Of a stretch of DNA of 64,000 nt, positions 1-10,360 are shown piece by piece. The stretch comes from Blastocystis sp. Blastoise (Eukaryota; Protista; Bigyra: Opalinata), in contig JBBPEB010000013.1 in the NCBI GenBank assembly GCA_039096225.1, forward strand, positions 1,240,001 through 1,304,000, read 5' to 3'. How positions within the stretch are numbered: position 1 is the stretch's first letter; every line of letters begins with the position of its first letter. Both the position numbers and the translations under genes were made by a program. The notes beneath the pieces were generated by a model that was not told the origin of the DNA, searched no databases, and saw only the letters and a list, made by a program, of their open reading frames with translations.

Positions 1-110
1 CCATGCAATAATAAATAGTGTATGGAGCCAAGTAACGACAAAATATACGATTTATTTTCGTATCGGTTACCGTTCATGGCGTGTAACCCGCTGGAGATTC
101 TTCTACATTT
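1..110 (+). ncRNA. 3' part of a structured RNA, probably H/ACA snoRNA
   Basis: GC-richer hairpins (ccatgca/tgtatgg; gcca..gtaac..tacga/tcgta..gttac..tggc), then ACA at 105-107 followed by TTT and an AT-rich intron tail. Confidence 0.4.
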
Positions 111-187
111 GCAAATGCAATTCTCTATTTTTATATTTCTTTAGAAAAATAACCCTTAGTGTAAGTGACAATTATCTATGTTTTAAT

Positions 188-262
188 GGGAATTGATGAT
201 TGGATTCGCCCCTATCATATTATTCTGATGAGAGCCAAGTCCTCTACTACTTATCTGATCCC
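188..262 (+). ncRNA. box C/D snoRNA, LSU guide (snR60/U80-type site)
   Basis: Terminal stem GGGA/TCCC; C box TGATGA 194-199; C' TGATGA; D box CTGA 255-258. Guide TTCGCCCCTAT 205-215 is antisense to conserved LSU AUAGGGGCGAA. Confidence 0.85.
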
Positions 263-350
263 AAAACTATCTTATTATGATAGAAGAGTTGAGAATTCAA
301 ATTCAAATAACAATAAGTATGCATATATTATTAATTTTTGTATTATAATT

Positions 351-425
351 TATCCGATGATGATTATCGCCGCCCCAGTCCTACATAAACTGCGGATAAA
401 ATGCGATTCCATTTCTGAATGAATA
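351..425 (+). ncRNA. box C/D snoRNA, U31/snR67-type (LSU P-loop Gm)
   Basis: C box ATGATGA 357-363; D box CTGA 415-418. Guide GCCGCCCCAGTC 369-380 is antisense to LSU GACUGGGGCGGC. Confidence 0.85.
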
Positions 426-983
426 TTTTATAATTATTAAAAGCATTTTTTTAAAATTATTCTATAGAAATATATTCTTATTGTTGTTTTATTATAGGTA
501 TGTATTTGTGAATGATATAATATGTTGTTTTAATTGTTTTGGATTCGACTGCTTTATACTGGCTTTGATTTCATTGATGTTGATTGTTTTAAAATGATAC
601 ATAAATTAATTGAAGCCTAGAGGAATATGTCTTCTTCGCAGTGAATCTTCATTCAATGAATTTATCATTAGTAGAAGTCTAATATTCTATATACAGGCTT
701 GAATGGAAAATCATTTTGATACTTCTTGTTTATTGCTTTTAGGTATGTAGATAAATATTTTATAACTTAAGCATATTTAACCACAATGTATATTATTATA
801 AATGATATGCTTTGCAAATGAATATGCAAGAGCGTTCTTTTATAATATCATGCTATTAATTCATTTTATATTCTATTAATTTATGATGTATACTAAGATA
901 TATTTTTTATAGATTATAATGGTTTGAAGATCTCTATGTGTATGTATTTATGCTTGAAATATGTTCTTATTATGAGAAGAATG

Positions 984-1067
984 AAGGGCGTTGATTATAT
1001 TGATAGTTCTTAGAGTCACCAAATCAGTGAGGACCATTTACTATCACCACCCATTGACTGAGCCCTT
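984..1067 (+). ncRNA. box C/D snoRNA, SSU guide
   Basis: Stem AAGGGC/GCCCTT; C box TGATTA 992-997; C'-like TGAGGA; D box CTGA 1058-1061. Guide CACCACCCAT is antisense to SSU AUGGGUGGUG. Confidence 0.8.
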
Positions 1068-1234
1068 TTATTTCTTTATTGGTTCCCTTGATATATTGAT
1101 CTGGAATTATTCTATACGACATTATGTTGTCAGTTCTTAATGAATTTTGTATGTATAGAATGTTACTTGCATATCAAGTAGATTCATTTTGAACGAATTT
1201 CATATGAGTATGTATCTAGATTTATATAATTATT

Positions 1235-1321
1235 GTATTCTTTGATGAGACTTCATGCACCACTCCTATGGATTTTATACTCTGTATAAACCATATGCGG
1301 ATTATGAATGTCTGAGAACAC
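1235..1321 (+). ncRNA. box C/D snoRNA, SSU guide
   Basis: C box TGATGA 1243-1248; D box CTGA 1312-1315; stem gtattc/gaacac. Guide CATGCACCAC 1254-1263 is antisense to SSU GUGGUGCAUG. Confidence 0.8.
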
Positions 1322-1594
1322 TTATAAACTTTGGATTCATTGTTAAGTTAATTATTTTATATGTACTGTAATTAACAGAAAAGATCCAAAGAGTGTTTGT
1401 TCCGAGGGATTGACTATATACTATATTATATTTTCTTTTTCAAAGGTTTCATATATTTATTTTACTTTTATTTAGATTTCATTACTGGATGATTGGATTT
1501 CAAATGCCTATTGGTTGAAGTGAGAGCTAATGTATGTATTTATCGTTATTATTATTATTTTTTTGCTTTTTTTTCTTTTTTATTTATTTTGTTT

Positions 1595-1674
1595 TCCTCT
1601 GATGAGTTAAGGATTTATGAGTATAAGATATTTCGTCTTATATATAATGACAACAATATTTAAGTCTCTGAGGA
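1595..1674 (+). ncRNA. box C/D snoRNA
   Basis: Stem TCC/GGA; C box TGATGA 1600-1605; D' ATGA 1617-1620; internal hairpin; D box CTGA 1668-1671. Guides GTTAAGGATTT and TATTTAAGTC have uncertain targets (SSU AAAUCCUUAAC-like, or LSU 3' domain AAAUCCUU..GACUUAAAUA). Confidence 0.75.
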
Positions 1675-2434
1675 TCCTTGAGGATGTCATAGTTGTGTAA
1701 GATACTTGCTTTTTTTAATTTAAAAAAAAAATTATTGGCAAAATATCTAAGGAACTATGCAAAATCCATCTGTCTTTTTGTTTGTCTTGTTTATTATAAG
1801 TTAATCTTATGCCGAATAGAAAAATAAAAGATATATTTATATAGTGTGGGTGATATATGTTGTTCTCGTTGTGTTTATGCTGCTATATAAAGTATGTGAA
1901 GATATTCATTTGTATTGAAATATACTTGTTGATGATGCAGTCTATTACATCTTCGAATATGGTTAATGTCCTATTCGAAGACCATGAGACATGCTAGACA
2001 ACTAGTCATACTCGAGTGGTCATCATCACGATTGATGAATACTTCTTAATGATTGCATATTTATAGAATCATTGGATGGAAGATACTTGATGCTTTTGTT
2101 TTGATGATTTGAAATATTATTGATTGTATGTGTATATATGCTTATATTACTCTTATTGTCGTTTTCAGTAAACACTTGATTATCAATATCAAGCGGAACT
2201 AACCGGCGACGAAAGAGATGATTAGATAAAAATAATCATGCTTTATATTATCTCTATTTATTATTTGTTTATTTAATAATATTCATGATAAGCTTTGCTA
2301 AATTTTATTTATATTTAGGTGAATAATCATATATGATATTAATGGATATTATGTGTTAACAATTGCCGATGGAGTGGAGTAATGAGTAAGTGAATATTTA
2401 TATTTATCTGTTTATTCTTTTTAATTTTAAAAAT

Positions 2435-2510
2435 TGCCAAGTGATGAGCAACAGATGACGAGTATGAAATCCATTCCCGTGATTCTAATCGAGGCATTTG
2501 TCTTATGGCA
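2435..2510 (+). ncRNA. U15: U15-type double-guide box C/D snoRNA (yeast Gm2288/Am2281-equivalent sites)
   Basis: Stem TGCCA/TGGCA; C box GTGATGA 2441-2447. Guide AGATGACGAG precedes D' ATGA, and guide CGAGGCATTTG precedes a variant D box CTTA. Both are antisense to LSU CAAAUGCCUCGUCAUCU, and the D+5 rule lands on the snR75 and snR13 sites. Confidence 0.85.
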
Positions 2511-2584
2511 TATTTATTTTTTATTCTATATACATTTTTTTAATTTTTTTTTGTATCGTTATGTTGTGCTTATCTAATTCATGA

Positions 2585-2693
2585 TGGCAACTTCATCTGA
2601 GAGGAGAGACTTGATCTCTTTATTCTCCGTTCCCGTTGCCCAAATCGATCTCATTCTGAGATGGACCGAACACCCATGGTTAGTGTCACACTT
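2585..2693 (+). ncRNA. candidate H/ACA snoRNA
   Basis: Hairpin GGCAAC/GTTGCC with an internal pocket; the 3' strand CGTTCCC is antisense to LSU GGGAACG. Further hairpins follow, ending ACA+3 nt. No clean H box was found. Confidence 0.45.
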
Positions 2694-2855
2694 GATATTC
2701 TTTATTATATTATATTGCTGTTACACTTTTCGACATTTATATATTTATAGGTGATGAATTGCTTTCTTGTTAACTTTGTGGAAAGGTTGCTGTTATTTTT
2801 TTAGAGAGAGATGTTAGGGTATGTCTATATATATTTATATATATTTATAAACTAA

Positions 2856-2971
2856 TGTGGTGTGATTATAATTCTTTCCCCGAATGATCGACGCTGATTC
2901 GATAAAGGAATACCTATGCTACGGTATTTTCTGCTTCTTTCTAAGCCAGGGAGAAGCGGGTACTGACCACA
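2856..2971 (+). ncRNA. snR190/SNORD12-like box C/D snoRNA, copy 1
   Basis: Stem TGTGG/CCACA; C box GTGATTA; guide TTCTTTCCCCG before D' ATGA (antisense to LSU CGGGGAAAGAA); second element AGCGGGTA before D CTGA 2963-2966 (antisense to LSU 5' UACCCGCU). Confidence 0.85.
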
Positions 2972-3022
2972 TATAGTTTTTTTTTTGAATTTATATGTTT
3001 TTATTATTTTTCTGTATAATTG

Positions 3023-3106
3023 TATTCAGTATTATATGAAGAAAATATTTTCTGCGTGATATTCTATGAATGCAATTTCTAAGAAGTTCTGATTTATTAT
3101 TGAATA
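3023..3106 (+). ncRNA. box C/D snoRNA, U61-type SSU guide
   Basis: Stem TATTCA/TGAATA; C box ATGAAGA 3036-3042; guide TCTAAGAAGTT 3078-3088 (antisense to SSU AACUUCUUAGA) directly before D box CTGA 3089-3092. Confidence 0.75.
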
Positions 3107-3169
3107 TTTTCTTATATGGTTTACTTGTTGATAACTTTGTGTTATGGGATATAAGTAAATACTATATTA

Positions 3170-3400
3170 TTAATGGACCGAGTATATGTCTGTATTTGTT
3201 CTTCGGAACATCAGGAGATGGATACTCCCCTGTAATGCCGCTGAGACTATTTCTAGTCATTAGTGAAGTACATGGTATGGGATAGTCCTAGATGGAGAGA
3301 TGGTTGTAGCTTTATTGCTCCTGTCTCGTCGTTATATTCCTAATCCGGAGGAGCTACTATGTAGCACTGATGTTTTGGAAAAACCATAACGAAAATATTT
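3170..3400 (+). ncRNA. snR30: U17/snR30 H/ACA snoRNA (18S processing)
   Basis: Diagnostic m1 ATATTCCTA 3334-3342 and m2 AAACCAT 3381-3387 face each other in the 3' hairpin (cgtt/aacg base). The ACA-box variant ATA lies 7 nt after m2, followed by 3 nt. The 5' end is approximate. Confidence 0.9.
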
Positions 3401-3546
3401 TTCTTTTTTATATATAAAATAAAATATATTTTATATCATTTTATCTTATATATATTTATATAGGTAAGAGAGGGTTTCGTGGTTATCGTGTTTCTATTTG
3501 AATTACTTAAACGGTAAGTGGAATTTTATTTTATATTGTTATAACT

Positions 3547-3639
3547 TATGTTAATGATGACGTATCATTTTCCCTTACGACGGTCTTAATATACAGGAAA
3601 AACCTGTACATGATTCCAGGAGAATGCACTGATAACATA
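3547..3639 (+). ncRNA. box C/D snoRNA, U35/snR73-type LSU guide
   Basis: Stem TATGTTA/TAACATA; C box ATGATGA 3554-3560; guide TTACGACGGTCT antisense to LSU AGACCGUCGUGA; D box CTGA 3629-3632. Confidence 0.85.
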
Positions 3640-3668
3640 TTGTTATATATTATTATATATTATTATAT

Positions 3669-3752
3669 ATTCTTTGATGATATTATTGTACCACCACTCT
3701 GAGGGTTCGTGTTCTATCGTCCCATGGAGGATTTACATTTTATATCTGAGTT
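3669..3752 (+). ncRNA. box C/D snoRNA
   Basis: C box TGATGA 3675-3680; guide TACCACCA before D' CTGA 3699-3702 (antisense to UGGUGGUA); D box CTGA 3746-3749. Confidence 0.65.
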
Positions 3753-3805
3753 ACGATCCAATTATTTTTTGCTTTGTATTTTTATTGTTTATTTTGTGAG
3801 TTATT

Positions 3806-3921
3806 TGTGGTGTGATTATAATTCTTTCCCCGAATGATCGACGCTGATTCGATAAAGGAATACCTATGCTACGGTATTTTCTGCTTCTTTCTAAGCCAGG
3901 GAGAAGCGGGTACTGACCACA
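3806..3921 (+). ncRNA. snR190/SNORD12-like box C/D snoRNA, copy 2
   Basis: 116-nt sequence identical by eye to 2856-2971 (offset 950), with unrelated flanks. Confidence 0.85.
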
Positions 3922-4228
3922 ATTTATTATTTGTTTAAAACACTAAGTTTTTATTGATTTGTTTAGTTTTGTATTTGAAATGTATTAAAATATAAAAAAA
4001 AGTTTGATATTATTATATGTATATAAGAATTTAAAAAGAATATATTTAAACAAAGTACTTTTAAAAAAATAATACATGTGGTTTCTAATAACTTTAACCA
4101 CTAATATTTTAAAAGAACACACATGTGATTCTAATAGATTTTAACCAAACTAATATTTAAAAATAACACATATAACAGACAATAATTATAAAAAGAAACA
4201 ATGTATAAATTATAAACAACAAATAGAT

Positions 4229-5997
4229 TTACTTTTTCATCTTCTTTTCGATATGTTTCATTTCTTTGAGAGTATGTTTACTCTTTTGTCCCATGAATGA
4301 TTTGGTAGGAATGGAACGAGAGATTTTCTTTTCTGTATTTTTCTTTTCTTTAGGAATTGGTTTTGTGGTAATATCTTTTTCAATATCTTCGATCTTCTTT
4401 CCATTATTGATTTGTTCCCAGACTTGAGAAAGTTCATTCTTTAATTCTTTATGAGCATCTTCTTCTTTCTTTTCTACTTTCTTTTCCTTCTTCTCTGCCT
4501 TTGCTTTCTTCTCTTTACGTTGATGAATAATTTCTTTATGATGTTTAGCATCAGTAATAAGAGTCTTTTTCGTATTATAACGAGTAATACGAAGGGGACG
4601 ATCGTTGAATACCTTATTGTTTAATAATAAGATTTGAGGCATATAAATATTATCCTATAGTATAAGTATCAAATGAATAAACATATAAAAAAAATGATTG
4701 TATACTCATTAAATTAGATAAAAAAAATAACAAAAATAATAGAGATAAAATAGAAAAATATTATTTTATATATATAAATCATACCTTTAAGACAACAAAA
4801 GCAATTCCTTTTTCTTTTTGTGTATTTTTATCTCTAACGATATGTATATTTTCAATAATTTCTTCGGAGTCTCCTTTACGAATAGCCTTATTAATATAAG
4901 CACGTAATTCTTCTTCATCTGTATGGAAGGGGAGATTACCTATAAATAGAGTATTCTTATTCGTTTTGAATTCAGCACGAGGAGACACTGTATTCACACC
5001 ATCGACACGAAGGTGACGATCTTCAAATAACTATATAGATATATAGAGTTTTATTATAAATTATATTTATGAAGGAGGATATATTATTGATATGATAATA
5101 ATGATAATAAAGATATAATCAAAATAATGAATATAAAGATATAGATATAATATAAATATATAATAATTAACAAAAAATATCCCTAGAAACAATACATTTA
5201 ATACATACATAATTATTCATTTCAAGAGCTTCTTGGACACTTCTCTTTTCTTTAAATACTATATATGCATTTACACACTTCTTTTCATCACTAAGATTCT
5301 TGGTAATAACACTAGCTTTACGTAATAACTTTTGATTATAAGTTTCAATTGGAGTACTATTTACAGCAACTGATCTGAATCTCATAGATTCAATTTCACC
5401 ATATTTTAAGAATAATTGTTTTAACTTTGAAGGAGTTGATAATACTTGATTAGGAATATTGCCAATAAATAAGGTTTTCTCATCGATTTCAGGATCTTTT
5501 TTATTTTGTTTCTTCACTTTCTTTTCTTTCTTAGGTTGTACAGACTTTATAACACTCTTTTCAGTCTTTGTAACTTTCTTTTCTTCTTTCTTTTCTGCAA
5601 TATCCACTTTCTTCTCATCATCTTCTACTATAATTGGCTTTGATTTCTTTATTTCCTTAGCCTTCTCAACTTCTTTAGGAGTATCAATAACTTCCTTAAC
5701 CTATAATTTATATAAATATACGTAACAAGTAATTAATATAGTATATATAAATATAAATGAGTAAAACATATAGATATTTTAATTTTAATTATTATAACAT
5801 ACATTCTCTTTCTTCTCAACTTCAACAGGTTTGGAAATAGGAGTTTCTTTACTTTCAGTTGGCTTTTCTATTTTCTTTACTTCAGCAACAACCTCTGTAG
5901 CCTTAGGGATTTCTTTAGTTTCGTTTTTAGGAGCTTTTTCAGTGTTAACACTCTTTTGATTAGCTTGATTCTTCTTCGATTTTCTTGAAACAGCCAT
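4229..5997 (-). CDS. RBM34: Nucleolar two-RRM protein RBM34/Nop12 (multi-exon)
   Basis: RRM1 TLFIGNIP..YGEIESMRFRSV..NAYIVF and RRM2 NTLFIGNLPF..KGIAFV. Lys/Glu-rich termini with a C-terminal SFMG motif. GT-AG introns join the ORF fragments. Confidence 0.85.
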
Positions 5998-6455
5998 AAT
6001 TTGTTATTCTAAAAAATAGATAGGAATACTTTTATGAATAAAAGTTATATGGCTCTCAAACAATAATTCTATATATATTTCCGTGATTATCTAAATAACA
6101 TAACTTGACAATTTATGATTTCATAATCAAACATTGTATCATTTTTTTACTCTTTATTTTTATATATTTTTTTATTTGAAGTATAAAAGTGAAAAGTTTG
6201 ATCATCAATAAAGATAATTCAGCTGTATATGAAATAAAAAATAATATAATATTTACCAAATAAAGAGAAAATCGCCTCTAAAAGAATTTATTTTATAAGA
6301 TTCAACAAAAAAGAGTATTTATAATGATATTAAAATAGAAAAAATAGAAAAGAAAATGAAAACATAATAATAAAATAAGAAAAATGTAGATTCATTTAAA
6401 ACGACTAGGCATATTATTGAGAGAAGAATTATTTTGTATTTCATCATAACATAAT

Positions 6456-6885
6456 TTATGAAGCAAGTCGACGACCTTTGATTTTGAATGTTTTTCTTGT
6501 TCGAGCAGTAGGAATTGGATTTTTATTTTTTGGCTTTGAACAGGATATCCCTGAGGAATTGAGTCTTTGCATGATATCATTGACGATATTCTCTTGCTCT
6601 CTATCTTTCGTAACAGCTTGACAGATAATTTCAAACATCTTTTGTCTCTAAAGATTATAAATAAATAAATGAATAAATTCTTACAAAGCATTCATTCACA
6701 AGATCATTTATACATGAACTAATCGCTTCTTTCTTTGAGAAATCAGGTTGAACTTTGATTTTTGAACTTGTTTGGATTCGAAGGTATGTATGTCTTCCTG
6801 GATCATCTGTAAAATGAAATAGGACATCATTTTCATTAAAAAGAATATGCAATTTTCCTGTAAGGACGTGTTGGATACTACTCAT
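6456..6885 (-). CDS. small hypothetical protein (2 exons)
   Basis: ORF 6885-6685 joins ORF 6646-6456 through a short GTAAG..TTAG intron; coding-like composition; no recognised domain. Confidence 0.5.
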
Positions 6886-7147
6886 GGTAACGAAGAGTAG
6901 AAATAAATAGTATAGATTGTGATTTTAATGCTGGTACTAATAAAGCAACAAATGTAGACTATATAAAACAGATTCCTTTGACGTTTTATGAAGAAGAAAA
7001 AATGAAAAAACAAAAAACAAAACAAAACAAATACTATGGTTTTTATTAATAGAGAAATGAAATAAACATATGAAAAACATCAAATAAAATAAACAGAAGA
7101 ATGTTAACATAATAATTTGTTACAAGGACACAATAAGGACATGGTGA

Positions 7148-9369
7148 TTATCGCTCATATTTATATCCAAATGTAGTTTTAGGTCTAATGAGTCTTTTGA
7201 TTTCAACATCATCAGTAAGTTCAAATGCTGTGGATCCATTATTGTTTTTTGCTAATACATCGACATCCTATGTATATTTTGATAAAAGTAAAGAATAATA
7301 TATGCTTTATTACTTTTAAGAAACATAAATATATAATATGATAAGACGAGAAATAACTATATGGTCTAAATTCATACAAATTTATATTTTTTGATAACAT
7401 CCATTAGTTGTTTAATAAATTGTTTCTTTGTATTTTGAACTGCTATATGCAATATAGTTTCTCCATCTTTTGTTGGCGGTGCTTGACAACCAATACTTAT
7501 TAAATATTCAACACCTAATATATATTATATAGAATGATATATAAAAGTATATAAAAAAGATATAAAAAATATATATATAAAAAAAATATATAAAATATTA
7601 AAAATGATATGTAAAATATTTAAAAAATATATAAAATATTAAAAATGATATATAAATATATGCCTTGAATCCATGAGAGACTAACAGCGAAAGCTAGAAC
7701 GGTCCAATTTTTTTGTGTAGTATGTTTAAGATCTACGCCCTTCTCAATAAAATACTGTACGATATCCATGTTTTGATTGTGAATAGCAATATATAAGAAT
7801 GTCTCTTGGTTCTATATCAATATAAATAATAACATATAGTTGATTAATAATAAGTATATAAGAACAAATTATTATTCATATAGATTTATATGATCAATAT
7901 ATCGATTTATTATTAGAAAAAAATGAATGCTTTAAAATAAAAAAATAAAATAAAAAGGAGAATATATAATAAATATATATAATATAAATATATAATAATA
8001 TATAAAATAATATATAAAATATATAATAAATATAAAATATAAAAAATAATAATATTTAATAAATAAAAACTAATAAAGATAAAAAAATTATATATTAAAC
8101 ATAACTATATATATATACTCCATTAATAATGCTATTGACATCAAATCCTTCTTCTACAAGTGTTTTGATCATGGTCATATCGTTCTTCTTTATAGCTTCG
8201 TTCATTTGACTATATTTTAGAAAGAAATCATATATATATATAAAGATAAATAAGATAAATATAATGAATTGTTGATTTAATAATAATATAAATATATATA
8301 CTTAATTTTGAGTTGTCTTAACTTGATTTCTTTTTCTTTTGTTTCAAACGCTTTCTTTTCCATTTCTACTTCATATGTAGTTACCGTTGAATATATTAAA
8401 TCTTTATCTTCTTTCGATAACGAACAATTACTATATATATATTTATTTTAAAATTTTTTAATTATTTTTATTCATTTATAATAGGATTAACATTAGTATA
8501 GTATAATATAGTTATAATATAATAATTGTATATATATAAAATATATAATTATAAATATATACGTAATCGTGTTTTTAAAATCTGCTTTTGAATAAACAAC
8601 AAATACTAATTTTGAAGAGGATATCACTAGAATATAAAGAATGAATTATATATATATAAAACTATATTGTACACAATTTATTTAATAATTCTGAAAACCA
8701 TATATATATGATTATTATAACTATAGATACATTCTACGTCATTACTATTGATTGGTTGATCATCATAATAAAGTGTATCGGACTGACATTTCATTATATC
8801 AATCACTTCATGTGCGTTCATCGACGATTCTTTATTCGCAAATTTCAATGTACACTAGAATTCATATAAATAATAGAACGTAATTATTATTAAAAAAATA
8901 AAATTGAAAATAACATATATATATTATATCATACAGTTCCATCACGAATATAAATAAATCCCATCCAAGAACGACTTTTATCATAAAGAGAATTGAAAAT
9001 GGGTACTCCACTATCCACAGTACGACTTGTTAATGACATCAAAACAGAAGTTTCAAACGAATCGTATGCTGTTCTATTTAAAGCATTCTTTAATAATTGC
9101 ATTGTATGAGATTCGATGATTCCTTCATATAACTTTAAAAGCAACTTCTTCTTAATATCATCTGGAAGACTTTGTAGCAACAGTGTCTCAATAGCTAATG
9201 GAAACTTTTCTATATTCCTTTTTAAGTCTTGCAATACTTCAGCCTCTCTTACAACTATTGATTTCAATGTGTAATCTGTTATTTGACGAGCTAATTGTTT
9301 TGGAATGCCCTGAGATGTATAGTATGTATTCAACATAGCTTTAATCTCATCTTTAGGTCTTAAACCCAT
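7148..9369 (-). CDS. ankyrin-repeat protein (multi-exon)
   Basis: Spliced exons give ETFLYIAIHNQNMDIVQYFIEKGVD, WTVLAFAV, DGETILHIAV and NNNGSTAFEL; stop TAA at 7148-7150. Linkage of the 5' exon (9369-8935) is inferred. Confidence 0.75.
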
Positions 9370-10360
9370 GGTAATCAAAAAACGAAGAACTGTTTTATTA
9401 TTGTCAAGATATTCTTTTCATTTCTTCTTTTCTTTTTCTTATTTGCTTTTTCTAAAATCATCTCATTATTCTCTATACCATCATAAGCTAAATTCTTTAT
9501 TATTTTATTCTTTCCATTAATACCCAGTTTCTTGAATGACTATAAATTCTATTATTTCTACATAATTTTAGAATAAATATGAAATTATTAATATTAACCA
9601 GCTTTTAACACTCATTCTCGACTTATCGAATAATTCAAGATTTCAAAATTCTGTATTTACAAGTATATTCAAGTGTTAAGAAGAAAGAGTCAATGCTCTA
9701 AAAGTGATGCACAAACTTTTTTTATTTATTTTATTCCACCATTTGGAGATTTGGTTGAAAAATGTGAAATGGCGGGAAGACTCAACTTTGTATCAAACTT
9801 TATAAATAGCCTTATTTAAATAAAACTTCACTTTTCTGACATTTACATACTTTAATAGTCATCAAATTCCTAATGTGTTTTCTACGTACAGTTTACTTGA
9901 AAACACTTGAAATACTAGAAAATGAATAGAATAGAAGAATTCATAAAAAACTGGAAATCTTTATAGAAACACTCTATACAGAATGCTTCCAGGTTCTATC
10001 TCAGTTTTTCTAGAACACAAAAATAATCCTTATAAAAAAAAGAGAATCTGATAAAAAAAACTATGTTTCAATATATTGGGTAATCTTTATATTTTCCCCA
10101 ATCATCTCGGTCTCTTCGCAAGAACTGTTTTTCCAGGTTTGTCATGAAGTCAGTTAACGACAACTGATCAAATACTACAATCAGTGCCAAAACCTGACAA
10201 CCTCGGTTTTTTTTTTAAACTGGCGAGTTTTTCTTTGTTTTTTTTTTATTAAGTCATTTGTCATCAAAGGTTGTATTGACTATTAAAACAGGGAAACAAA
10301 ACAAATAAGCGTCATGGAAAAAAATTTAAAAAACCATTTTTTTGAATTGAAACACAAATA

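Larger units (their letters stand above)
1..3921 (+). ncRNA. snoRNA cluster / non-coding snoRNA host locus (truncated at window start)
   Basis: No credible ORF. At least 11 recognisable snoRNAs lie on the + strand. Short segments bounded by TAG/CAG acceptors and GTAAGT/GTATGT donors (e.g. 145-160, 697-742, 1476-1531, 2319-2386, 2751-2818, 3463-3513) separate groups of snoRNAs. Confidence 0.85.

Noticed and set aside
633-642. U14 snoRNA (TTCGCAGT resembles domain A)
   Set aside because: No adjacent C box or domain B plus D box; kept only as an unassigned structured RNA.
2595-2690. TPP riboswitch (CTGAGA motifs)
   Set aside because: Lacks the downstream GAACCTGAT/TAATGC..GCG.AGG core, and the context favours a snoRNA.
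4200-4232. Blastocystis-type stop codons completed by polyadenylation
   Set aside because: TGTT-rich motifs follow some stops, but the genes I could model all have genomically encoded stop codons.
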